Source: Kiritimatiellia bacterium (lineage in GTDB: Bacteria > Verrucomicrobiota > Kiritimatiellia > JAAZAB01). Taken from it: 64,000 bases of DNA. The translations under genes and the position numbers were made by a program. The notes below the pieces were generated by a model. The model did no database searches and had not been told where the DNA came from. It saw only the letters and a program-made list of their open reading frames with translations. The stretch covers positions 1 to 64,000 of the forward strand of contig JAXGPF010000005.1 in assembly GCA_040767085.1 (NCBI GenBank). The letters are read 5' to 3'. Shown here piece by piece: positions 48,801 to 58,300 of the stretch. How positions within the stretch are numbered: position 1 is the stretch's first letter; every line of letters begins with the position of its first letter.

Positions 48801-49133
48801 CACATTATCTTCGCGTTGCACAGGCTGGTCGTGTGATAAATAAAGCGGCGGATCGCGCTGATCTTCCGGTTGGTCAACCGTGAAAGCCGCGTAAAGCCAG
48901 CGGCTGTCACGCAAAACGCGCACATAATGCCTGCGGACGGCGCCGGAGTCTCCTCCAACCTGACGAAATTCATCCACCAGCGCGGCTGCCGACCAGCAAG
49001 CATCCGTTATAATCCCGTCAATGAGCGGCGCTTCCATGGCGCATGGAACCCGGATTTCGGGGATACCGCCGGCGCCGGCGCGCATGGCCAGAGCAAACAG
49101 ACCGATTTTCACATATTGGCTCAAATCACGCAT
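45873..49133 (-). CDS. Large secreted putative glycoside hydrolase (CBM9-like N-terminus, TIM-barrel-like core, CBM4-like C-terminus)
   Basis: APLIDG...CW; NGKPFFPCG, AGFNT, FDEP, DPYW, YLALIHGVKGIGYF; NLAPNPSLE...DGLQIERG. Confidence 0.65.
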   Translation of the reverse strand: MRDLSQYVKIGLFALAMRAGAGGIPEIRVPCAMEAPLIDGIITDACWSAAALVDEFRQVGGDSGAVRRHYVRVLRDSRWLYAAFTVDQPEDQRDPPLYLSHDQPVQREDNVQVSFDPGTGGQMFYQFLVNKANTRADFRVTTDKGREREEWNIPWKSAVTTDPRGWQVEIALPLALLTEVGHPEQARMNFIIDCFRVYRDACRVKIGAERECLSWAALSGSSPANAWTEAARFGRLLDLEINSLVAPLLPYIKSAEVSQYYVTNGTAFYDIQADLQLFSSATGTVLIAVKDEPRHGESTLAEKVVFADGSAVMLSARVPVPVAAMTERAVTVCLVDGTTRETWQKLAIADAGVLNLFAAELDRDYYTTESAAYAACRIGMPAETLRDLHLQARLGAQVLASLDAPPPRLDFAVPLDRVPAGEHQLHLELVLADGGAGSVLALPLIKRAPRPGCEWKVDRANQRLLDNGKPFFPCGMIMAGITPADDYAFAEIADAGFNTMYQWSYQPAGDRSDPEGDQVKDMQAYLDAAARHGLKVIAAVDMNYTPFNARTKVKNRDQLLNPEELHAVNRALQHATCSLGIRSKDVILSAIPGRAAQVKTAVLLEYLDNQMPYLAAVLQAGMRHPALAACFIFDEPLLNINYGQIPVGREFYRRIKKLDGYHPVFLNCNPGVYQCSDDWFDWADMLGIDPYWTPEHAGVNGTIDYVAWMAHHLRLKARRMRVVPLVVMQGAEYSGIVKRALLPAEQVCQTYLALIHGVKGIGYFCYPERAQANWDTLRELARRLRRLSPACLEPDLPQTVNYSGGPYDFDARRMPDVHVALKRDPDGGFILLAANVADYPVAVRYDSPLFERAEAIQELFLAAAYPVTAGAFDDQLEPLGVRAYHIQKAGHDSVLDGALAIGVAMQPRGMPPPRTPTYGRAGRVDMKNLAPNPSLEEESIPGRPDYWRQTGTPLKPWERIGGSNQVWGLTTNAPYHGAKCLEMIADGGSWRFIYINLHTSHMTPEKYVFSAWLRADREGVTAKLRAGGKGDTSFQLQRQWQRCSVAFEAGSGASMLGVHFVSDASSTVWVDGLQIERGAAATEFEP

Positions 49134-49340
49134 GCATATCCCGTTTGATGTCAGACGGCACTCCGCCGCGGTATGCTGGCAGTCTTTGGACAGCCGTTGC
49201 GATTGAAGGTATTCCTGCCGGCAATTTTCCGCAACTGGAAAAACTTGCTTTTTTGTGGAAAATATTGCTGCCCCGGTCAGACCGCTGCCTGGTCAGTGCG
49301 CCAAGGGGTGACGGGCATGCAGTTCCGCGGCCGGGCGCCG

Positions 49341-50252
49341 TCATTTCCGCCGGCCCGGGGTGGTCATCAGCCAGACGCCCAGCAACACTCCGGCAAAGGC
49401 AATCCCAAATGTGAGCGTCAGCCGTTCCTTCACCAGCAGCATGGCCAGGGCGGCGGTGATCATGGTGGAAATATAGCCAAACGCCCCCAGTTCGCCGGCC
49501 TTGAGATATTTTAAAGCGCTGAACCAGGCCACGTAGGCCAATCCGGAAGCGCCCACCCCCAGGTAAGCCATGCCCCACCAGACCGGCGCCGGCAGGGCCG
49601 GCAACACCGGGCGGCCGGTAGCCAGCAGAAACGCCAGGGTAAGCGCGGTGCCTGCCAGCATGGCGGCGGAGGCGCTGATCAAGCCGCCATATTGCCGGGT
49701 CACGCCGTTGCCGCCGACCGTATAAGCCGACCAACAGACCGCCGACATCAGCGCCAGCAGATCGCCAACGTAACTGCTGCGATCCATGAACTGGTCGCTG
49801 CCGGCCTGGCCGCCCATGCCCAGGATCATCGCCAGCAGGCCCACGGCCATCCCGGCGGCCATGCGCCGGGTGATGGGCTCTTTCAGCAGCATGGCGGCAA
49901 TCAGCACCGTCAAAATCGGCGAAGCGTTGGCGAACAAACAACTGCGCGCCGCCGTCGTGTATTGCAGGGAATAAAACTGCAGGGCGCCTTCCCCGAAAAC
50001 CCCGGTCAGGCCCAGGAAGGCGAAAGTCCAGCCATGCCGGCCCAGGGCGCGGAACAATTCCCGGCCGCGTCCCAATGCCGCCGCCAGCCCCACAAAAAAC
50101 ACGCTGGCCATCAGAAACCTGAGAAATGTCAGGGTTAACGGATCAACCGTGAAATTGCCGAAAAGCAGGCGGGTCACCACATACAAACTCGCCCAGAATA
50201 TCGTCGCCAGCAATCCCAACCCCAACCCCGCCAGCCGTGCGCGCGCGATCAT
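49341..50252 (-). CDS. DMT/EamA family transporter
   Basis: About 10 hydrophobic segments in two EamA-like halves (WAS, RF, LKEP; CWSAYT, LVKERL). Confidence 0.9.
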   Translation of the reverse strand: MIARARLAGLGLGLLATIFWASLYVVTRLLFGNFTVDPLTLTFLRFLMASVFFVGLAAALGRGRELFRALGRHGWTFAFLGLTGVFGEGALQFYSLQYTTAARSCLFANASPILTVLIAAMLLKEPITRRMAAGMAVGLLAMILGMGGQAGSDQFMDRSSYVGDLLALMSAVCWSAYTVGGNGVTRQYGGLISASAAMLAGTALTLAFLLATGRPVLPALPAPVWWGMAYLGVGASGLAYVAWFSALKYLKAGELGAFGYISTMITAALAMLLVKERLTLTFGIAFAGVLLGVWLMTTPGRRK

Positions 50253-50389
50253 GTCAGCTCCGTTCACTATGAAAATTGTCCGACTTCGTTTACCGCCGGC
50301 GCCGTCCCGTCGCATCCTGGCGGCCAGAAACCGGCAGGCGCAAAATGCAGGGCAGATCAGCCTTATAATGCGGCGCGGGAGCGGCGTCT

Positions 50390-51592
50390 TCAGGGGGCCG
50401 CGGCAGCGCCGGCGGCCATGCACCAGTTCTTCAGCCAGGAATAAAGCGAATCGGCCATCTGGTGGTAGCCTTCCCGGGAGGGATGGACGCCATTATTCAG
50501 GCGGGTGGCTTCCACCGCGGCGCGCGCATTGGCCGGCGCGGTGATCTTGGGATAGTTATTCACGGTATCCAGGTTGACGTAAGCCGGGATCAATTCGATG
50601 CCTTCCTGCTCGCGGCCGGCGTATGCGGCCAGCATGCGCTCGACCACCCGGTGCTGGTTGCGCCGGTACTGCCAGCGGGTTTGGGTGCATTTGTAATTCG
50701 AGCCGAAGGCATCCTGCGTCGCCGCCGGCGGCGGGATCAGAAACAGCCCGATCACAGTGTCCGACCGGGCGGCCCGGAAAGCGGCAATCATCTGATTCAG
50801 GTGCAACAGCATTCCGTCAATGCTGGCTTCAATGGTCTCATCCGTTGCCCGGAAATTGTCATTGATGCCCAGGCAGATGGTGATCACGTCCGGCCCCCGC
50901 TCCAGGCCGCATGCGCGGAGATACCGGTTGAAATCAAACTCCGGCACGCCGGCGGCGCCGGGAAACACGAATGGGCTGCACCCGCGCCGGCCGGACGGCA
51001 GCGTGCCTTCCTCAGAGTAAAACGTGGCGAACCGGGCGGCGGTCCAGCCGCCGTAACCTTCATGGCGGATATCGGGCAAGGCGGCGTTGGTATGGCTGCC
51101 GATCAAAGTCAGCGCGGGATTACCCGGCGCGCGGCACAATTCGAACAGTTCGGCGGGATAGGCGCTATTGGCGGTCAAGCTGTCGCCGATGATCAGGCAG
51201 GCCAGCGGCCGGCCGGCGCCGGCATCGGCTGCGGCCACCCTGACGCAAGTGGTGGCGGCGGCAATTTCAGTGTTGACCGCGTTGAAAACCGCGAGGCGCA
51301 GGGGATAGTCGCCGGCATGATTGGTGGCGGGCAGAAACGTCCAGCGTTCCGACTGTTGGATGCCCAACTCGCAATCCACGTCGAACACGTATCCGCTCAA
51401 GTCCGGCGCCAGCACGATGTTGTCGAAATAAATATTGATTTCCCGGCCGGGCGCCGCATGCACGATCGGCGGCAGCGCCAGGCGCAGCGGGTCGGCCGGC
51501 GGGATCGCGTTGGTTTCTTCCGCCCGGACTGAGGCGGCCCCACAAACACAAACAACCGTCAATGCGGCGATTTTTTTCAATATTTTCTGCAT
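50390..51592 (-). CDS. Secreted SGNH/GDSL hydrolase
   Basis: IGDSLT, HEGYGGW, LGIND and GVHP...GY. Confidence 0.88.
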   Translation of the reverse strand: MQKILKKIAALTVVCVCGAASVRAEETNAIPPADPLRLALPPIVHAAPGREINIYFDNIVLAPDLSGYVFDVDCELGIQQSERWTFLPATNHAGDYPLRLAVFNAVNTEIAAATTCVRVAAADAGAGRPLACLIIGDSLTANSAYPAELFELCRAPGNPALTLIGSHTNAALPDIRHEGYGGWTAARFATFYSEEGTLPSGRRGCSPFVFPGAAGVPEFDFNRYLRACGLERGPDVITICLGINDNFRATDETIEASIDGMLLHLNQMIAAFRAARSDTVIGLFLIPPPAATQDAFGSNYKCTQTRWQYRRNQHRVVERMLAAYAGREQEGIELIPAYVNLDTVNNYPKITAPANARAAVEATRLNNGVHPSREGYHQMADSLYSWLKNWCMAAGAAAAP

Positions 51593-51649
51593 CTGCTCCT
51601 CCCGTTGATTACCATGTCCCAGCCTGTAGTCGAAACAAAAGGATCGTTC

Positions 51650-52369
51650 TTATGTCACGGAAATGACGTTCGTCATGTCACTGCCGGCGGCCGGCGCATA
51701 TTCCAGCGGATCCGCCGCGCCGGCGGCGCGGAAGGCGGCCAGGCGCTCGACGCAGGACGGGCAGACACCGCAGGCCTGCGTTCCCCCGCGATAACAGGTC
51801 CAGGTATGGGCGTAATCCACGCCCAATTGCATACCGATGCGCAATACCGCGGCCTTGTTCAGCGCGGCGAACGGCGCGCGAACCTGCACCGGCGCGCGCC
51901 GATTAAGCGCCAGCAGATTGTTCAACCGCCGTAAAAATTCTTCCGTGCAATCCCAGTAGCCGTAACAATCCTGATGCTGGGCGGCGTAAAACACTTCCGC
52001 GATGCCGTGCGCCTCGGCATAAGCGGCAGCCAGGGTCAGGAGGAGGAGATTGCGGTGGGGCACATAGGTTGGCGGCTGATCGAGTTGCGCGGGCGCAAGG
52101 TCCGCCAGGGCCGGCACCGGCGCGCCGCCAATCAGCGCCGTGGCGGCGCCGGCTAATTGCCGCAGAACATCCAGGTCTAAAATTTCATGCGCGGCGGCGC
52201 CGGCCGCGGCCGCCTGCCACGCCGCGCATTCCAGTTCGCGCGCGTGACGCTGGCCGTAACGAAATGTCAGGGCGTGGATATCGGTCCCGGGGCGGTTGCG
52301 CCGCAGGTGGTGCAGCAGCGTGGCAGAATCCAGCCCGCCGCTTAAGAGAATGGCCCGCGCGGAATGCAT
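51650..52369 (-). CDS. queC: 7-cyano-7-deazaguanine synthase
   Basis: SGGLDS, YGQRH, TYVPHRN, YWDC and TWTCY...CGVCPSC. Confidence 0.93.
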   Translation of the reverse strand: MHSARAILLSGGLDSATLLHHLRRNRPGTDIHALTFRYGQRHARELECAAWQAAAAGAAAHEILDLDVLRQLAGAATALIGGAPVPALADLAPAQLDQPPTYVPHRNLLLLTLAAAYAEAHGIAEVFYAAQHQDCYGYWDCTEEFLRRLNNLLALNRRAPVQVRAPFAALNKAAVLRIGMQLGVDYAHTWTCYRGGTQACGVCPSCVERLAAFRAAGAADPLEYAPAAGSDMTNVISVT

Positions 52370-52568
52370 AGCTATGATCTGAGGCCGACACCGCGCCGGG
52401 CGCCGGGCTTGTTCAGCCAGCATGCTACCATTCCGCGCCGGGTTGTCAATGTTTTCCCCGGCCGGACGCCGGCCAAGCACCAACCAGGAGTGGCGCGGGC
52501 TTGGCGGAATGGCCGGCGCTGCATTTACAGCCTTGACTTGCCGGAAACTTTGGGTAACTTATGTTTTC

Positions 52569-53621
52569 ATGCATTCTGCGGGAAAAATCAGCCTGCTCTT
52601 TCTAGCGGTTCTGCTGGCCGCCGCGCCGTTGTCCGCTCAATTTTCCGGGACGGAGCCGGCCGGCGCCGGCATGCCGGCCGTGCCGGCCGCCGCCAAGTCC
52701 CGCCGCAGCCTGCACTGGTGGGAACGCCGGCAGCCGGCCGCCGATAATCCAACCGCGCAGTTGCAGCTGGCCGACCAGTTGCGCGCCGAGGGACGGCTGC
52801 GGAGTGCCGCCCGGCATTACCGCATCCTCACCTTTGCCTGGCCCAACGCTCCGGAAGCGCCCATGGCCCAATTCCGCTATGCCGGCATTCTCCAGCAACG
52901 CGCCCAATACAAACGGGCCTTCGAGGAATATCAATACCTCCTGGATACCTATGCGGGGTTTTTCCCTTACGAAGAAGTGCTGGAGCAGCAATACGCCATT
53001 GCCGATCATATTGCCACACGCCGCAAAAGGCTGCTGTTCGTCGCTTACCAGGACGAAGCCGAGGCCATCCCGATGTTCGAACAATTGGTCGCCAATGCCC
53101 CGTCCTGGAAACGCGCCGCGGAATTACAGTTCCGCGTCGCCCGCATTTATGAAAAGGATAAGGAATACGAACTGGCCGTGGATGCCTACAGCGCTTTTCA
53201 ACAGCGTTTTCCGCTGGCGCCCCAGGCGGAAGCGGCGTTTTACAGCCACGCCCGCTGCTGGAAGCACCTCGCCGACCGCCATCCCAACGACGCCAGCCTG
53301 CGCGAGCAGGCGGCCGCCGCGCAACAACTGTTCCTGAACACCTACCCCCGCAGCCCGCTGGCGGAAACCGCGCGCATGTATCTGCAGGAATTGCAACTGG
53401 AGCAGGCAGGAGATTTTTACCGCCAGGCGCGCCTGTATGATTCCATGGCGCGCCATCCCCGCGATTACGGGGCCCAGCCGGAACAGTTGCTGAGCGCCGC
53501 CAAAATCTGCTACCAGCGGTTGGAGCGGGAATTCCCGGACTCGCGCTGGCATGCCTCCGCCGCCGCCCGCCTTGCTGAAATCGACCGCCGCCTGCAGGCG
53601 GCCGCCCAGGAGAACCAATGA
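52569..53621 (+). CDS. TPR protein, BamD/YfiO-like outer-membrane assembly factor
   Basis: Signal peptide; multiple TPR-like helices (YPRSP, FPDSRW); lies upstream of lptE. Confidence 0.7.
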   Translation: MHSAGKISLLFLAVLLAAAPLSAQFSGTEPAGAGMPAVPAAAKSRRSLHWWERRQPAADNPTAQLQLADQLRAEGRLRSAARHYRILTFAWPNAPEAPMAQFRYAGILQQRAQYKRAFEEYQYLLDTYAGFFPYEEVLEQQYAIADHIATRRKRLLFVAYQDEAEAIPMFEQLVANAPSWKRAAELQFRVARIYEKDKEYELAVDAYSAFQQRFPLAPQAEAAFYSHARCWKHLADRHPNDASLREQAAAAQQLFLNTYPRSPLAETARMYLQELQLEQAGDFYRQARLYDSMARHPRDYGAQPEQLLSAAKICYQRLEREFPDSRWHASAAARLAEIDRRLQAAAQENQ

Positions 53622-54148
53622 TGCGTCCGATTGTTTTGCCGCCGCCGCGCTGCCGGCTGGCGCTGATGATGGTTATGCTGCTGGCATTGCAAGCCGGCTG
53701 CGCCGGCTATCGCCTGGGCAGCACCCTTGCGCCTGAAATCAAGTCTATTTTCATTCCCACCTTCGGCAACCGTTCCGGCGAGCCGCTGGCGGAACACGAG
53801 CTGACCAAGGCCGCCATCGAAGAATTTCAAAAGGATGGCACACTGAAAATCGCCCGCATGGACCAGGCCGACCTGGTGCTCCAATGCTCGCTGGTCAAGG
53901 TGGACCTGGACCCGTTGCGTTATGACCGCGCGGACCGCTCCAAGCCTAATGAATACCGGTTGCGTGTAACGGTGTTATACAGTCTCAAACGCGGCGGCTC
54001 GATGGAAACCATTGACGAGGGGGATGCGGAGGGCGAGGCGACCTTTGTCTTTGCCGGCAACCTGACGCTGGCCAAGAAGAACGCCCTGCCCGACGCCGCC
54101 AAGGACCTGGCCAAGCGGCTGGTGGAAACCGTGGTTGAAACCTGGTAA
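53618..54148 (+). CDS. lptE: LPS assembly lipoprotein LptE
   Basis: Lipobox AGC-AGY, IKSIFIPTFGNRS, EYRL and terminal VETW. Confidence 0.8.
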   Translation: MMRPIVLPPPRCRLALMMVMLLALQAGCAGYRLGSTLAPEIKSIFIPTFGNRSGEPLAEHELTKAAIEEFQKDGTLKIARMDQADLVLQCSLVKVDLDPLRYDRADRSKPNEYRLRVTVLYSLKRGGSMETIDEGDAEGEATFVFAGNLTLAKKNALPDAAKDLAKRLVETVVETW

Positions 54149-54159
54149 AGGCGCAGGGC

Positions 54160-54441
54160 TCAGGCTTGCGGCGCGGCGGCCGCGGCGGCCACCAACTGGG
54201 CAGCGGCGCGGCGTTTGCGCCGGATCGCGGTGTTTTTCTTGATGATCCCGCGCTTGGCCGCCTTATCCAACACCGAGCAGTAAGCGCGGAAAGACTGGTT
54301 GGCTTTTTCAACGTTGCGCTGTGAGCATTCGGTCAAAACATCGCGGCGGGCGGTTGCCACGCGCGATTTCACTGCCCGGTTGCGCCCGCGCGCGGTTTCA
54401 GACGTCCGCACACGCTTCATTGCACTTTTGATGTTTGGCAT
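54160..54441 (-). CDS. rpsT: 30S ribosomal protein S20
   Basis: MPNIKSAMKRVRTS...LDKAAKRGIIKKNTAIRRK. Confidence 0.96.
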   Translation of the reverse strand: MPNIKSAMKRVRTSETARGRNRAVKSRVATARRDVLTECSQRNVEKANQSFRAYCSVLDKAAKRGIIKKNTAIRRKRRAAAQLVAAAAAAPQA

Positions 54442-54503
54442 AACCTGATCATCCCCCGGATTTTTTCGTTTGGTCGGCCGTTACCGTCAGCCCAGATTGA
54501 AAA

Positions 54504-54578
54504 TGGCACGCCCAAGGAGAGTCGAACTCCTCTTCCCAGGATGAAAACCTGGTGTCCTGACCGATAGACGATGGGCGC
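54504..54578 (-). tRNA. tRNA-Glu (anticodon TTC)
   Basis: Reverse complement GCGCCCATCGTCTATCGGTCAGGACACCAGGTTTTCATCCTGGGAAGAGGAGTTCGACTCTCCTTGGGCGTGCCA; cloverleaf with encoded CCA. Confidence 0.96.
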
Positions 54579-54606
54579 AATAAAGTGTTGATTTATACGC
54601 CAGGAA

Positions 54607-55398
54607 TCAGGCAAATGCAAGCCTAAAATAATTCCGCGCGATTCGGCCGGCCGCCGCCCATATCCCGGCGCGCCGGCCCGCCGGCCGGAATGCTCCGGGC
54701 GGCTGCGCCAGCAAGGCGCGCAAGGCAGAGACCGGATGTTCCGGATCGTCATCGCCTGCTCCCACAAATCCGTATGAACCCAGGCGCCGTTCCTCGCCCG
54801 GCCAGGGCAGCGGATCGGAGCCGGGCAACCAGGGCATGCCCGCTGTTGCCCCGCGGCGCAACAATTCGGGCAAGGGCCAGATGCCCGGGCGCAAGGCCGT
54901 GTCGCCCAGCCACAAGCCGCCGGGCCGGTTTTCGCAGATCAATTCCGCCACCTGCCGGCCGCGTTTGAAAAACCATTTGCCCGGCGACCAGGGCAACACC
55001 GGCAAACCGCCGGCCTGCCGGATATGCCGGATGATTTTCCGCGCCGGCAAACCGTCCCAGGCCCCCGCTGCCGGGAGCGCCAAGCCCAGGACTTCCAGCC
55101 GTTCCGCCGCGGCATACTGCCGGCCCAGCACCAGGAACAAGACCGTTGTCCCCTCCCGCTGCACCGTCAGCGAGGCCGGCTCCGGGCCGGGCTGGATTTC
55201 AAATGGCCCGGCGCGCATGGGGAAATCGCTCCCATAGAACACCTGCGCCCCCGCGCGTTCCGCCAGGCAGGCCAGCACCAGCGGCGGCCGATCGCCCGGC
55301 GGCGCCAGATTCCGCAAGTTGGCCAACAGGCAATGCAAAGCCAAACCCAAGTCGAAACACGGATAAATATGCGCATGGCCGTCGCAGATTAACATCAA
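54607..55398 (-). CDS. Hypothetical protein, PHP-like fold
   Basis: N-terminal DGHAHIY, GGLPVLPW and PGSDPLP. Confidence 0.6.
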   Translation of the reverse strand: MMLICDGHAHIYPCFDLGLALHCLLANLRNLAPPGDRPPLVLACLAERAGAQVFYGSDFPMRAGPFEIQPGPEPASLTVQREGTTVLFLVLGRQYAAAERLEVLGLALPAAGAWDGLPARKIIRHIRQAGGLPVLPWSPGKWFFKRGRQVAELICENRPGGLWLGDTALRPGIWPLPELLRRGATAGMPWLPGSDPLPWPGEERRLGSYGFVGAGDDDPEHPVSALRALLAQPPGAFRPAGRRAGIWAAAGRIARNYFRLAFA

Positions 55399-58300
55399 CC
55401 TACCCTCCCCGGGACGCGCTGATCCGCCGGAAACGCGCCGATGTCGGCCCCGTTTTCGCCCGCGCCCACAGCCGGGCTGTCCGGCCGCAGATGAAAATTG
55501 GCGTTCGTTTCACCATGGCCGACCGGCATCAACTCAAACAACGGATCCGCCGCCAGGCTATGCCGGTCATGACCGGTCAAGTTTCGCCATTCGTCCAAAT
55601 CCCGCGCCAGCAAGGTGGTGACGCGCGCATTATTCTGGAACTGGCCGATGGCGAGCTGGTGCGCATGCGGGGAGAAGAACAGGTTGTAATCGCTGGAAAA
55701 GTTTTTAACTTCGCCGCGCAGGTAATAACGCGGGTTGTTTTTCTTGGGGCTGCAGGGCAGGTAAAAAATATTGTTCACGAAACGCGCACCGTCGGTGCCG
55801 GCGGTAATGACCGCATGGTAGATATTAACTCGCGCGAAAGTATTGTTGCGCACCAGCACATTCCGGCAGCGGCCGTCCAGGCGCAAGTGATAGGCGCCGC
55901 CCCAGAACAGGTTGCCCTCCAACCGCAAATCCCGGCAGTCGCTGACCGCGGCCAGGATGCCGACATCGCGGGTCATGGCCTCCATACGGCAATTTAACAG
56001 TTCCACACCTTGGCAATCATCAAACCTGAACAAGCCCGAGCGGTCGCCGGACGGCGCGTGGATGAAGGTGAACCCGTCAATGGTGACATGGTCGCAACCC
56101 GCAAGAAGCACCAGCGGCGCCGCGTAAAACTCGCCGTCCACGACCACCGCGCCGGCGCCCTGGCGCCGGAAAACCAAACGCTGATCCGCCGTGCCGCCGA
56201 GCAACGGCCGGATAACATCCCGGTAAGTCCCCGCCGCCACCAGCACCTTGTCGCCCGGCCCGGCGGTGGCGCAAGCCTTGCGTAAAGTGCGCCAGGCTTT
56301 GTCGGGCGCCTGGCCATAGGCGGCGTCATCGCCGTCGGGCGCCACGTAATATGTCTGCGCGGGCGGCGCATCCGCCGCCGCCGGCGTTGTGAAGCCCAGC
56401 AATTCCCCGATGCGCTCGCCGCCGCGGCGCCCAACGGCCACGATGCGGCAGACATATTCCGCCGCCGGTTGCAGGCTGGAAAGTCCCGCCCCATGCACCG
56501 TCCCCTGGGCGGTGGCGCGGGAGGTCTGCCATGCGCCGCCGGCCGCCGGCCGGAACTCCACCCGGCAGACCGTATCGTCGAACGGCGTGGTCCAATGCAA
56601 CAGGGCGGCCGTGGGCCATGTCCGGACTACCTGCGCATCGGCTATCTGCGGCGCGCGCGGCACGCCGCCGGCGGCGCCGGGCGGCTGCCCGTCAGGAGCG
56701 ATAAAAGCCGTCGGACTGTCCCAGCGCAGGCGAAAATCATCCGCCGCGGGGTTTTCAAACACGGGCGGCGCGGCCAGGCTGCCGCATTCCTCCGCCTCCG
56801 GCCGGTGCAGGCCGGGACCGAAATAGCAATTCTGGCCGGCGGCATAACCGGCGCGGGAATCCCCGTCAACCTCCGTCTGGGCCAGGCGGTTGCCGGCAAT
56901 GACGCATTCGCGCACTTCCGCACACGTGGACGATTCGGCCAGGACCAGTCCCCGGTCGCATTCGATGATGGTTAAACGATACAAGGCCAGGTATGGAGCC
57001 TGGCGCGCATGCACCCCGGCCGCGGCCCGTCGCACCAGGCACTCGCGCAGCGCGACCCGCGGCGCCAATACCGCCACGGCGCTGGACGGCGCCACGGCAG
57101 CGCGCGGCAGCCGGCTGCCGTCAATTGCAAACCCGGCTAATTCCACGTGCGGCGCGCGGATTTCCGCCGCCGGCAGGACGGCCGGCCCCCTCCCGTAAGC
57201 GCGGACCGCCACCGGGGCGCCCTCCGTGCCGCCGCGGTCCACAACCAGCTGCTCCGTATAATGTCCCGGCAGAACATAGAGCGCATCGCCAGGATGCAAT
57301 GCCGCCACGGCGCGCTGAAAAGTCCTGAACGCCAGGCGTTCCGAGGTGCCGGCGGCGGCATCGTTGCCGCCGGGCCCGATGTAATAGACGCTGGTGGTTT
57401 GCCGTGGAACCGGTCCGCGGTTGTAGCCGTTCAAGCCGGCGCCGCGCAAGGGGCTGTCGGATTGCAGCCGGTAATCATGCCAGGCGGGATCGGCAAACCG
57501 GGCGGCCTGCATGGCGGCGGCGTCGCCCAGCCCGCCGGCGTTGTTGATAAACGCACGGTCAGGCGCAGCCCAGTCGCCGCCAACGCCGCCCGGGCCGAGC
57601 GGCGCTCCTTCCCAGGCGATATTCGGGCCAATCAGGTTGTTCCTCAGCACCACGCGGGAGTCAGGCGCCAGGCCGCGCGTGCCGGAACAATACAATCCAG
57701 CAAAAACATTGCCCTGGACAATCGCGCCCGGCGATACGGGTTTCCATTCCAGCAATGAATGGCCTGCCACCACGTTATCCGCCCAGTGATTGCTCGCGGC
57801 GTTCAGGGTGCCGCCGTAATTGGCCAGCACGCTGCCGCTGGCCCAGGTCCGTACACGGGAGGAAGGCGGACGGACATGCACCAGGTTGCGCCGGATCAAA
57901 TTATTGCGGGCATTCTGAGTGAAGCAGGCGCCGCGGAAGCCGCCGCTGAGAAACACGTTGTTCCGCACCAGGCAGCGTTCGGCGCCGACGGTGAGCAGCA
58001 CCCCGGCATTTTCGTTGGCGAAAAAGACACAATCTTCTATCGTGTTATGCTGGCCGCCCAACGGGCGGTCCAATCCCGGCACGGGCGCGCCGGTGCGGAA
58101 ACTGGCATTGGCGCCGACCACCACGGACTCCATGTGATGCTTGAACCAGAGTCCTTGCACCAGCACATAGTCGCCGTGGATGCGCAGTCCGTGGCGCACG
58201 TCGCGCGGACCGCCCAGGGCGCCGGCGCCCTCGAGGTAAGCCTCCGGGAAGGCATATTGTTGCGCCGCCGCAGTCACGGGCATGAGGCGCACCCCGCGGT

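Noticed and set aside
52370-52560. Possible preQ1 riboswitch upstream of queC
   Set aside because: GC-rich leader with no preQ1 stem-loop or A-rich tail visible
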